NCBI RefSeq assembly: GCF_001194135.2
Contig: NC_068982.1
Location: 67,620,469-67,684,468, forward strand
Reading direction: 5' to 3'
Source of the DNA: Octopus bimaculoides
Lineage: Eukaryota
DNA length: 64,000 nucleotides
Part shown: one piece after another, positions 12,995 to 25,900 of the stretch
How positions within the stretch are numbered: the stretch's first letter is position 1
Layout of the letters: every line of letters begins with the position of its first letter
Notes under the pieces: model-generated
The model's input: only the letters and a program-made list of their open reading frames with translations
Told to the model about the DNA's origin: nothing
Database searches by the model: none
Translations under genes and position numbers: made by a program

Positions 12995-13128
12995 TCTGGG
13001 GACATACCTGATACCGCTCCTGTGTTGGGGATATTTCCATAAAGCTCTTCTTTTGTTGGATGTTGTTTCCATGATTTGTTGAAAACCGCACGCAACAGAC
13101 GTCTCTTGGTTCCACCAAGCTAGTTTTC
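12995..13128 (-). mobile_element. RTE-clade LINE fragment
   Basis: KLGGTKRRLLRAVFNKSWKQHPTKEELYGNIP matches the RTE post-RT motif DGTYTRMLRAxLNxSWKQHPT..LYG. Confidence 0.75.
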
Positions 13129-13231
13129 TATTTTTTTTTGAATCATAGTGAAGAACTTTGGTACTTATCTCGGAAGTGATATCTCATCCACTGCAAAAAG
13201 TACATCAATCCGAATGATGATGGTGATGAGG

Positions 13232-13264
13232 ATAACAACAACAACAACGACAACAATAATAATA

Positions 13265-13299
<35 letters not shown>

Positions 13300-13372
13300 G
13301 ATGATGATAATAATAATAACAACAACCACAAGAAGAAGAAGAAGAAGAAGAAGAAGAAGAAGAAGAAGAAGG
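13232..13372. repeat. Compound trinucleotide microsatellite (AAC)(AAT)(GAT)(AAG)
   Basis: Direct reading; it explains the poly-T/M/R ORFs at 13143-13416. Confidence 0.95.
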
Positions 13373-14307
13373 AATGTTAAGTGATGCTTACCAAGGGTTT
13401 CATGAATAGGTATCATAAAGTAGACTTAAATCAATTGTCGTAACTTTTCTGACTGTCTTCATATGCAGTATTAGAAATTTCAGTTTCGTATTCCATATTT
13501 TGCATGGAGACTTGTTTCACAGTCCTGAGTGCTTTTAAATTGAGACAATTTTTTCCATGAAATCCTTGGAAGCACTGTTAAATATGTGTTTTAGAAAACC
13601 CATTTCATTGAATGTATATTTTTTGCCTAATCGATCAGGATGAATATAACCCCAACTAGAAAGACAATGCCTAAATAGTTGTGACTGCATGCAGAGAAAT
13701 ACTACCAAAAATATTTTCATAAAAATATTTAATAACGAATATTTTCGAAGACTACGTTCACTTTTGCTCCGAGTTAATAGAACAATTTACCTTTTTCCAT
13801 TCAGTTTATAAAGAATAAAAACATATATATCAACTCTCAGCAGGAACAACATCACTTCCTTTTTATTCATGGGAAATTTTTGCCTGCAAACCACCTGGTA
13901 CCATAATAAAGCATTTATTTTGGAAGATTGTTATTTAGAAACGTTAATAGCTTAAACGAAAGACACCACAATCTTATATTCAGTCTGGCTTGCCTACGAA
14001 CTGCGTGATTTCCCCTGGATTAGATAATACAGTGATTTTGAAAGGAATGTCATTATCTGTGTGGAGAAACGAGAAAAATTGACAATAGTTAGTTTTATCT
14101 CAAAAATAATATACAATGCAATATGTCGTCTATTGTCAGTATATGACAATCTATAATAAAGTAAATATTTATTATTGATTTTTTTTTATATCACAGGGTT
14201 ATTTATTGGTTGCAGGGATAAAATATAGAATCGATCTCAATGCATGCGGAGTAGTAGTTTTTATTCATACTAGGGAGTTGGGGGTGTAAAAATTCAATCT
14301 CTACAAT

Positions 14308-14735
14308 GGTTTCTGATTTAGGCACAAGGACAGCAATCAGTAAAGTACACGACTAGTACTTTATTTTATCGATCCCGAAAAGCACGTTGACCAGGATTTG
14401 GACTCAGTACGTAAAGTAGTACAACCAAATAGCACAAGAAATTTTGTCCGGCGCACTACCAACTCTGACAATTCACCGCCTGAACAACAACAACAACAAC
14501 AATATCATGAATAACGATGGTTTCAAATTTAGGTACAAGGCCTGCAATTTTGTCAGTGGGGGTACAAGTCAATATCATCAACCCTAGTACTTGTCTGGTA
14601 CTTTATCTTATCAACCTCGAAATGATGAAGGGTATATCTGATCGGAAGGATTTAAACTCAAAAGGTAGAGAGCCGAAATAAAATACTGCGATGAATATTC
14701 TCCATACTCAACGATTTTGCCAGTTCACTAGCTTT
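14308..14735 (-). mobile_element. Two diverged tandem SINE family A copies
   Basis: Each begins tggtttc..ggcacaagg (rc tail) and ends in a degenerate gccagctcgccgcc head. Confidence 0.7.
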
Positions 14736-15049
14736 TTTCATTCTTCACAATGATATGTGCTAAATCGTGCAATGCCAAACATTCTGCTCTTTATATGGTC
14801 GAATAGACTCCAAAGAGACTGGTGCTGTCCTGTGTCGGCAAGACGATAATAAGAGTACAGTGAACATGTCATAGGAAGTGGAAAAGTCAAAGTTTCGGAC
14901 GGAGTTGTTCAGGGAATAGTTGACACCAAGTAATAATAATAATTAAAAAAAGAAGACAGCAAAGTTTTACATCCTCTAAGTTAGAAAATCTGGCTCGCAC
15001 GCCTCCTACAATAACTGCATTTGTGACTAGTTATGGATGAATGAATATG

Positions 15050-15270
15050 TCCATCCTCACCGATGAGGATGAGGGGTCTCAAACACACTCCTCGCTACAC
15101 ACGGCAGTCTCGTACTGCAGTTGCACTGCCCGTTAGGCTCCCTTCCTCGTCTAATCTTTAGTGTTACCACTCCATCTTGTTTGCCGTTTGCGAGCTCTTT
15201 TTCTGTCTACCCACTCCACGAGAATGGGGACATAGACGTTTTGGGCTCTGAGAACGTGGTCAGCATATTA
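15050..15270 (-). mobile_element. RTE LINE 3' end
   Basis: DHVLRAQNVYVPILVEWVDRKRARKRQTRWSGNTKD resembles the RTE C-terminal GHVLR..G.VEGKR.RGR...RW.D.I.D motif. Confidence 0.65.
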
Positions 15271-15833
15271 CAATTTCTGATCATATCACAAGAAGGTGGC
15301 GAGCTGACAGAATCGTCAGCACGTCGGACAAAATGCTTAGCAGCACTTCCTCTGGCTCTACGTTAAGTTCAAGTTTGCTTTTCATCCATTCGGGGTCAGT
15401 AAAAGTCAAGTACTGGGGTAAATGTATTCAACTTGTTCATTCCCCTCACAATTGCTGACTTTGAACTCTGCAACGGACTGGCGTCTTGTTTAGGGGGACT
15501 GTTGTGATCTGCGTCACTTAAACGCCACGGAAACCGGCTAACCGGTCTTTTGAGTCGCACATTTCAAGAAAGAAAGAAAAAATTCTTAGCACTAAGTTTC
15601 GTTTTGATAAGTTGGTAACATAACTGATACATGAAGGTTCAAGTTCTTGAGAATAAAAACAAAGAAGGGAGACAACTGAGAAGGTAGAAAAGAAAATCAA
15701 GAATTCACTGAGATTTTATATGTTCAAACAGTTATGTGGATGAAGGCACGTTTAGTAACCGAAACATTAAAAAACAAAAGTACGACTACAAGTAAGAAGT
15801 AAATGAAATATAATATCATTCGAAGGCTAATAT

Positions 15834-16269
15834 TGGTTTCAAACTTTGGATCAAAGTCAGCAATTTCGGAGAAGGGGCTAAGTCGATCATATCAACTGGT
15901 ACATAATATATTGACCTTGAAGGACGAAAGGCAGAGTCGACTTTAGCGCAATTTGAAGTCAAAATGTAAAGACTGACGGAATGCCACCAAGCATTTTGTC
16001 CGGTGTGCTATCGATTCTGTCAGCTCACTGCCTTATGGTGATGATAAATATTTTTTCGCTTAAGATGGCGAGCTGGTAGAGTCGTTAGCACGCCGGGAAA
16101 AGTATTTGGCGGCATTCCGCTCGTCTTTACTTTCTGAGTTCAAATTTCACCGTTGTCGACTTTTCCTTTCGGCGTCGATAAAATAAGTACCATTTGAGCA
16201 CTGGGCTCAATGTAATCGACTTACTCGTTCGCCCGGGATTCCTGATCTTCTGCCAACATTTGAAACCGA
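15834..16269. mobile_element. Divergent pair of SINE family A copies (15834-16035 minus; 16061-16269 plus)
   Basis: Both align to the family A head, body and tgaaacc tail. Confidence 0.8.
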
Positions 16270-17278
16270 TGTCATTTTTTCGTTTACGACAAGTACGAGA
16301 GACAAGTCCAGTTTTGTTTCGTTCTACTGGAACTTTTCAACGAAGTATAGATTCATCATAACTTGCTGAAATATTAGCAATTGGATCACTCACTATATGT
16401 TTAAAATAAATTTAAATTTTGAGTTTAAAATACTAGGTTGCCAGGAAAGCTATACGGAAAATAGTTTTATGTCCGAAACTATTCTCTTACATTTTAAAAT
16501 TGACTGATATTTCTTCTTTCCCTAACCTCTCTTCTTCCTCTCTCCAGTACCCCTCTCTCATCTCTCTATCACTTTGAACTGAAATATTTTTCTTTCTTCA
16601 GACTTTCCCATTAGATTTCACTTCTCGCAACACAAATGCCACACATTTATACAATTCTTGAGCAAACGCACTGGCATTTATAAAATTATTACTAATTGAA
16701 CTTAATTTTGAAATAAAAGTTAATAATTTTCTCTCGATGTTAAGATGATAATTGATAATTTGCTTACAATACTTTATGGTAAAGAAAAATAAGAATTTTC
16801 AAATACCAAAAGCTAATTATTGCAAAAATATAATTACATTCTGTAATAAACAGCCGCTAGTAAATATTACATTTTTTCTCTATCTCTCGCGAAATTAGAA
16901 ATAAAACAAAATTGAATAACAGTTTCAGCTTCTTAAACTGGGCTATAAAGTTATAAAGATAAAAATGACTGAAATAATAGCAAACATAAGAAATGTTGCA
17001 TACATTTTTTTTTATTAAAACGAAACTGTTTCAGAAGTATACTGTATGTAAGGGAAAATGTGTATAGTGTCGGTGATACTGCATTTATGCTTATTTCGTT
17101 GTTATTAAATGTGTTCATAGATGTACTGTTGGAATGTATGTACGTGTATGAGTATAAATGTGCGAGGAAAGTAGGAGATGCTCACGTATGCTATAACACA
17201 CACATACATACACATACGCTCGCATACTAATATTCACACAAAAGCATTCACTCATACAAACATACAAACACACATACA

Positions 17279-17322
<44 letters not shown>

Positions 17323-17994
17323 TGCACACACATACGGTTTTTAAATTCTGTGCAAAGCCGAAGGCAAATAAAGATAAGTGTTTTGCCTAAAAACAGAACA
17401 TTATCTGCTGAAATATTGCATCTCTCAAAAATATGTATAATATTAATGTTGATGGTAATGATGACGACGATGACAACAACAACAACAATTATAATATTTT
17501 CTTTAATCACTACTGAGGGCAACATATAAATACAATTCATGAAAAGTTAAAACTAGGAGTATCGCAAAACAAAGCAAAGCAAAGTAATAGAAAACTGAAT
17601 GGCGGTGGTACAGGGATAACTTCCAAAGTATCATATTAAAATTTATATCAGGTTATGCTTGTTTAACCAATTGTCACTGACAAGTGAGTGTGACCTGGTA
17701 GTTTGTACCATGATTTCGCTAATAGCTGTAGATGCCTATGCAACCGCAAGCATAGAAACCCTTCCAGCTCTCCCACCCTTGATTCAGGGAAACATGGAGA
17801 ATGTGACAAATGGCGGACGAGAGAGCTGCACCAGCAACTAGGTTGCTGTAAACAGCAGCTGGATAGATTGGAGCAATGTAAAATGAAGTATCTTGCTCTC
17901 TAGGTCACAACGATATATAACCAAACGGGATGGAGTTATTATTGCAAGAGATAAAAATAAAAATTACTACTTGAATATAAGGGTAATTATTCTT

Positions 17995-19085
17995 TTTCAT
18001 TTTGGCACAAAGACAACAATTTATAGGGTTAAGACAAGTCGATTACATTGACCTCAATACTTGTCTGGTTCTTTATTTTATCGATTCCGAAAGAATGAAA
18101 AGCGAAATCGACTTCTTTACTCAGAACATAAAGAGCTGAAACAAATGTCACTAAGCATTTAGTCCGACGTGCGAACGATTCTACCAACTCACTGCCTAAA
18201 TAGTAATAATGGTTTCAAATTTTGCCACAAGGGCAACAATTTTGAGGGAGGGGATGAGTCGATTACATTAACCCCAGTGTTCAACTGGTACTTATTTTAT
18301 CAACCCCGAAAGGATGAAAGGCAAAGTCAACCTCAGCAGAATTTGAACTCAAAAACGTAAAGACGGACGAAATGCCGCTAAGAATTTTGTCCGGCATGCT
18401 AACGATTATACCAGCTTGCCGCGTCTAATCCTAAATAGTAATGATAATAGCTGTTTCACATTTTGGTACAAGGAATTTGAACTCTGAATGTAAAGAGTTG
18501 GAACAAATCTCGTAAAGCAATTTTTCGGCGTTCTAACGAATGTGTCAGCTAGAGATTGTAATCATAATAGTAAGTTATAGTATTAAAAGGACGATGGCGC
18601 TTATAAAATCAACCTCAGTACTTGACATCAGCTTATTTCATCAACCACCAAAGGATGGAAAGGAAATTGATGAGAAATTAAGTCACGGTTGGTTTTTAAC
18701 CCAGAACCCGATATTTCGAACACCTACACAATTGAAAATAATTATTAGAAAGAAAAAAAATGTAGTTGTCACGACCGATGTAGGAGAATACCAGATTAAA
18801 TCAATGAGTAATTCTGATGAAAAAAGAGAAAAGTGACAACCCGAAAATCTAAATTAATTAAAAGCAATATAAGACGACAAGCTGGCAGAATTGTTAGCAC
18901 GTCTGGATATAATAGTTAGAGGCATTTCTTCCGGCTCTACGTTCCGAGTTCAAATTCTGCCGGGGTCTACTTCGCCTTTAATCTTTCGGAGTCGATAAAA
19001 TAAATACCAGTTGAGCACCGGGATCCATGTAATCGAATCACCCCTTCCCACCAAATTGCAGGCCTTATGCCTATTGTAGAATGAA
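17995..19085. mobile_element. Cluster of SINE family A copies (17995-18197 -, 18210-18425 -, fragment ~18460-18680, 18875-19085 +)
   Basis: Repeated ccccgaaaggatgaaaggcaaagtc..atttgaactca motif and family A head. Confidence 0.8.
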
Positions 19086-21409
19086 TATATCTAGCTATCT
19101 GTCTGTATTACTAAAACTTTGCTTTCTTCAAGATTTAGCTTAGTTTCTTTTTTTTTAAATGAAAATAATTGAATGGAAAAAAAAAAACCTAACGTAAATC
19201 TTAAACGTTTGACTAGATATTTGGACTTATTGTGGTAGTTCATTCCGCTTTTTTTTCATGCTCTTCACCATGGTCGATGTGATGTATTACGAATTGATAT
19301 AGCTTAAACAGAATTCATTACAGCTTCTCAATCATGGCTTTTGGGGAACTTATCATTCTAAAGCTCATGCACAAAGATAATTGTTTTCTCTGAGATATTT
19401 AGAATCTTGCAGTTTATTTTATAATGATAAATGATTCTGTGTGTGCGTCCATGTATGTATGTACGCATGCATGCGTATATGTACGCATATGTATGCGTGT
19501 ATGTGTCACGTATTTCTGTACGTATGTGTATGTGTATGTATGTGTGTATGTATGCGTGTATGTATGTGTCATGTATTTATGTATGTATGTGTGTGTAAGA
19601 GGAAGTGAGTGTGTGGGTATGTGTATATTTGTCTGAGTGACTGTGTGTGTGTGTGTATGTGCGTGTGCATGCGTGTGTGAGTGCGTGTGTGTGATTATCC
19701 AATATAAAGTGTAATGCTTTTAAGTTCGAATTATATTAAAAATGTTATGATTTCTCCGAATTCCAACTATTTAAGATTCATAGCTTGAGCGTATGAATAC
19801 AATTTCATCCCCAGTAAAAAATTATATATTAATTTAGTTTATTAAAACATTATAACCTTCCTTGTCTTTTCTTTTTTGTTACTGTTAAATGATCTTGATT
19901 GCTTCTTGGCTGGAAGATATAAAATATCTATACAATAGCTTGGTTACTGAATCATTCCATTACTCACGACGGTGCATATTAATTAATAACATATAAGAGT
20001 TAATTAGTTCTCGTGCACTAATTGCCAACTTAACACCTCCAGTAATCTTGTATTCTTGATATTGACTAATATATAGATTGTCTGATTGAAAGAGAGCGAG
20101 CCTGGTTGTAGTTGCACCAAAACTGAAGAACATCCAATGAAGTGATCTTAAAACCATTTTATATATAAAATAACTATATATTTTTATACAGAATTAATTA
20201 ATGAATCAAGTTAATTAAAGAATTTAAATCGAAACTTTGTGACAACATTATAGTCACCACAGTGAGCTAATTACGAAAAGCGCGCGCAGCAGTAGTCATA
20301 TTTGTAGAATTAATTTTGTGAACCATTTTCTGATTATATTTTATGTTCTATAAAAATATTTTTTCTCTTATATAATACTATAATATTAAGGATGAATGAA
20401 GTAAAGATAACAAAATATATTCTGTATTGCCTTAGTTAATATTACGATACCGTAATATGAACTGCTCATATTTTGAACATCGTTAGTACCTCATCAAGAA
20501 CAAAAGATTACATAAACGGATAAAATTCCTATATTTCTACTGAATTCTGATGTATTTACGTAATACAGTTTATTCTTAATGACTATTACTGAAGCTATAA
20601 TAGTTATGTTGGTTTAGTTTGCATAAAACAGTCGTATATACAGAATACTATTACGATTTCCAGATCACTCACTTCCGTAGTATTCGTCGGAAAATATAAA
20701 TAGCTACGTCCCATTATCCTCCTGAAATATATAGATTCATGTGCCTAGTAAACGCTATTTTTCATGTTAAATTATAAATCTTCTGAAGAAAGTAGATAGC
20801 ACCCGTAACTATTGAATAGTCTTCGATTAATAATGTAATGCACACCGATGTTAACTTGAACTTCGGCAGAAAGATAGAGGGAGAGAGAAAGGGCAAGAGA
20901 AACTGGGTGGGAGTAAAAGGTAGCAGGTGGGAGTCGAGAGAGGGATGAGGGAGTGAGATAAATGGAAAGTATTTGGTGCGTCAGTGTCTCTTCCAAATGG
21001 TTTCAGTTTGGGAAGTAAAGATTAACCCTTATAGGCACTTTATGTCTATAAAGGTTAAGAAAGAACTACTGTAAAAATGACGAGGAAAAATTATGAGTTG
21101 AATGGATTTGGAAGTTTAGAATGGTAAATACGGTTGTATTAGTTGAATAGAGAAGGCAAGCGTGTTACTGATAATAGCTAAGGATGACAGCATGTTATCG
21201 GTGGCAAAGAGACTGAGCATTGGTGAATGGATTTAACTATCAATGGAATGGGCAGATTTGTATATAGTCTGGATCATATGCTGTTGTTGAACGTCAGGTC
21301 AGCACTAATCGTGGAGACTTATGACCAAAGGCATACCAGCCGTGACCATCTCATCTTTTCTCGAAGAAATATATCTATAATTACTGGAGTTGAGGGTGAA
21401 AAGGGGGCT

Positions 21410-21440
<31 letters not shown>

Positions 21441-21617
21441 CAAGAGAGAGAGAGAGAGAGANNNNNNNNNNNNNNNNNNNNNNNNNNNNNNNNNNNNNNN
21501 NNNNNNNNNNNNNNNNNNNNNNNNNNNNNNNNNNNNNNNNNNNNNNNNNNNNNNNNNNNNNNNNNNNNNNNNNNNNNNNNNNNNNNNNNNNNNNNNNNNN
21601 NNNNNNNNNNNNNNNNN

Positions 21618-21670
<53 letters not shown>
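21410..21670. repeat. (AG)n microsatellite spanning gap (N 21462-21617)
   Basis: Direct reading. Confidence 0.95.
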
Positions 21671-21674
<4 letters not shown>

Positions 21675-23185
21675 TCAAGAGAGAAGGAAGGAGAGAGTGA
21701 GATTGGGAGAGAAAGGAAGAGAGACAAATGAAGAGTGTTTGGACTGTCTGTGTGTCGCGTAGAGATGCAAGTGGGGGTGAAGTGGGGGAACTAGTAAATG
21801 TAGAGAGTAGAAGATTACAAAAAATTCGGTTTCTGCATAAATGATATCAGTGTGAGATGAGTGTGAAAACACTGAGGTCGTTGATTTTGGGGAAGGATAT
21901 GGAGTGAGATAGATACCATTGGTATTAGAAGTATTGGTTGTAGTTTGAGAAGTTCAGAAATTGATAGAAGCACGAACCGAACGAGTTAGGATCCTGTGAG
22001 GAGACTACAAAACTTTAAGTTGCATGGGGCCAAATCAAGCTGTTTTAAACTATATTTCAATTCCTTAATCGGATGGTGCGTTGTGTTCTTGAGCAAAAGA
22101 CTTCATCTCACTTTGCTCTACGATCACTTCGACACCTGACACATCCACCTGTTCAGATTTTGATTTAATGGAGGAAGTGAGCTAATGTACGACACGAATT
22201 TTTGATCACTATGAAACAAATAATTTGTGCAGGTCATTTGGCAAAACCTGAATGCTCATGGATGAGAGAGTCCGTCATAGGTACACAATAATAATAATAT
22301 TTGGATGAAATCTATAAACATTTAATGCATTGCCTTGCGCGTTTCCATAAACCACATCTCTTAAGATCACAGTCCGTATTCCTGGGATGGTTACAGTGCA
22401 GTCCGTAGTATCCGTGGGTATCGGGCTGATCATCTCCATGGATTCATTTCTTCAGGCGATATCACATTAATGGGTGTACAACATAGGGAGGTTTATCCCT
22501 TTTTACCAGTAAGAAGGTTAAGCGAGTTATGTGGGTATTTTAGTGTGTATTTGGTGGGGAGGAGAAGGTGATGGAAATAAGAAGGAATGGTAGTTATATG
22601 AGGATGGAGGTGAGTGTGGTGGTGTTGGACTTCTTTTGCTATTCATAGCAGATGTTAAGGATGGCTAGTACATTCTTTGTTTTATTTCATTTAAGGCACG
22701 ACTATCTTCAATAAATTCTGAAGTCAACAGATCATTTGGTACTGTGACTGAATTGATAAATGATACTTTCTTATGGTAGCCTTTTCATTATTTCCGGTGG
22801 TATAATGTAACATCTACTCGTGTATGTATGTATGTATGTATGTATGTATGTATGTATGGAAGAGTTAGGGAAACAGGTGAGTCGTGAGCAGAGAAGAGAC
22901 TACATATGGGCAAAAACTATCTTTTGAAGTGAAGCTTGAATAAAGACATGAACAGCAGAGACAGATAGCAGTTAAAGGTTGAGAGAGTAAGAATGTGTCA
23001 TTTGTGAATTTGTAACAGGATGCATGGTTTGAGTGTAAGGAAGAGGATGTATCGTTTGGGTGTTGGTAAGGGAATTGTTAGTTCTGGACTAGATCGGGTT
23101 AACTGATGGTAAAGATGAAGAGGGAAAATTATCCAACGGGTTTACTTTTATTTTTTATTTTTAGCATTTAAGGAAATGTAAACGG

Positions 23186-23781
23186 GGATCTTTTTTAAAA
23201 CGGGGGCCACATTTTTCATTAACGAAACACTTTGAAACTTGGATCACTGGTAGAATGTGTCATATAAAACATCTTTTTCTCTTAGTCTTCTTAAAAAAAA
23301 AAGAAATCCATAAATTATTCCATGTTAAAGTTGTCGTATTTCTGTAATTTCAATCAATCACTGACGTCCATTCAGCCGATATACATTAAGTGCCGACTAC
23401 ATAAACAAACGATTCTGAAACAATTAACCCTAACCCTAACCCTAACTCTAACCCTAACTCTAACCCTAGGGTTAGAGTTAGGGTTAGGGTTAGGGTTAGG
23501 GTTAGGGTTAAAGCAAATTTAAAATGAAAAAAGCAAATAAAACGAAGAATCGTTTGTTTATGTAGTCGGCACTTAATGTATATCGGCTGAATGGACGTCA
23601 GTGATTGGTTGAAATTATCGAAATAAGACAATTTTTTACATGAAATAAATTCGAATACAAAAATATTTTTCTGTTCTATAACACAAAATAGATAAGTATA
23701 CGAAGTTTGAAAGTCTTTCGGTACCAAAAGCACTACGTAAAACATTAATGAAAAATGTGGCCCCCGTTTTAAAAAAGATCC
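23186..23781. mobile_element. Telomeric-palindrome MITE, copy 2
   Basis: Perfect 37-bp TIRs and 8-bp TSD GTAAACGG (23178-23185, 23782-23789). Central telomeric palindrome at 23424-23511. Internal ~85-bp inverted repeat at 23331-23416/23546-23630. Same orientation as copy 1. Confidence 0.94.
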
Positions 23782-24239
23782 GTAAACGGCACTGGAGCAG
23801 TGAGATATCACACCAACCCTTTTACCAGGAATCTAGTCCAATTGCAAGCGGCAGAGCGAACAACGGTAAAAATAACCAAGATGGAATGTTAACAGATTGG
23901 AGTGATTGGTCCGTCAGCTGTAAAAAGATAAAAAGCAGAAGAAACCAAATAATATGATCACAGGAATACACAGACTAGAAAACACTGCCATATGCATACA
24001 TGATCGCACACTGTATCGACCATTTGCTGATGTCTGCAGTTGTTCAGTTACTTTCATAAACATTCAGGTAACGATTCGTAGTTTTTCTCTTATTTTTGTA
24101 TATCGGTCACTTCATGTTATGACGACGATAGCAATAATAATTATAAGACTAACAAGAGGAGGACCAATGCGTCGAGACATCAAACAAGACAGTGTAGAGT
24201 CTACACTGTCTTGTTTGATGTCTACACTGTAGACGATAT

Positions 24240-25900
<1,661 letters not shown>

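Noticed and set aside
18805-18860. Hammerhead-like CTGATGA..GAAA
   Set aside because: Helix II cannot pair; at best it is a decayed motif.
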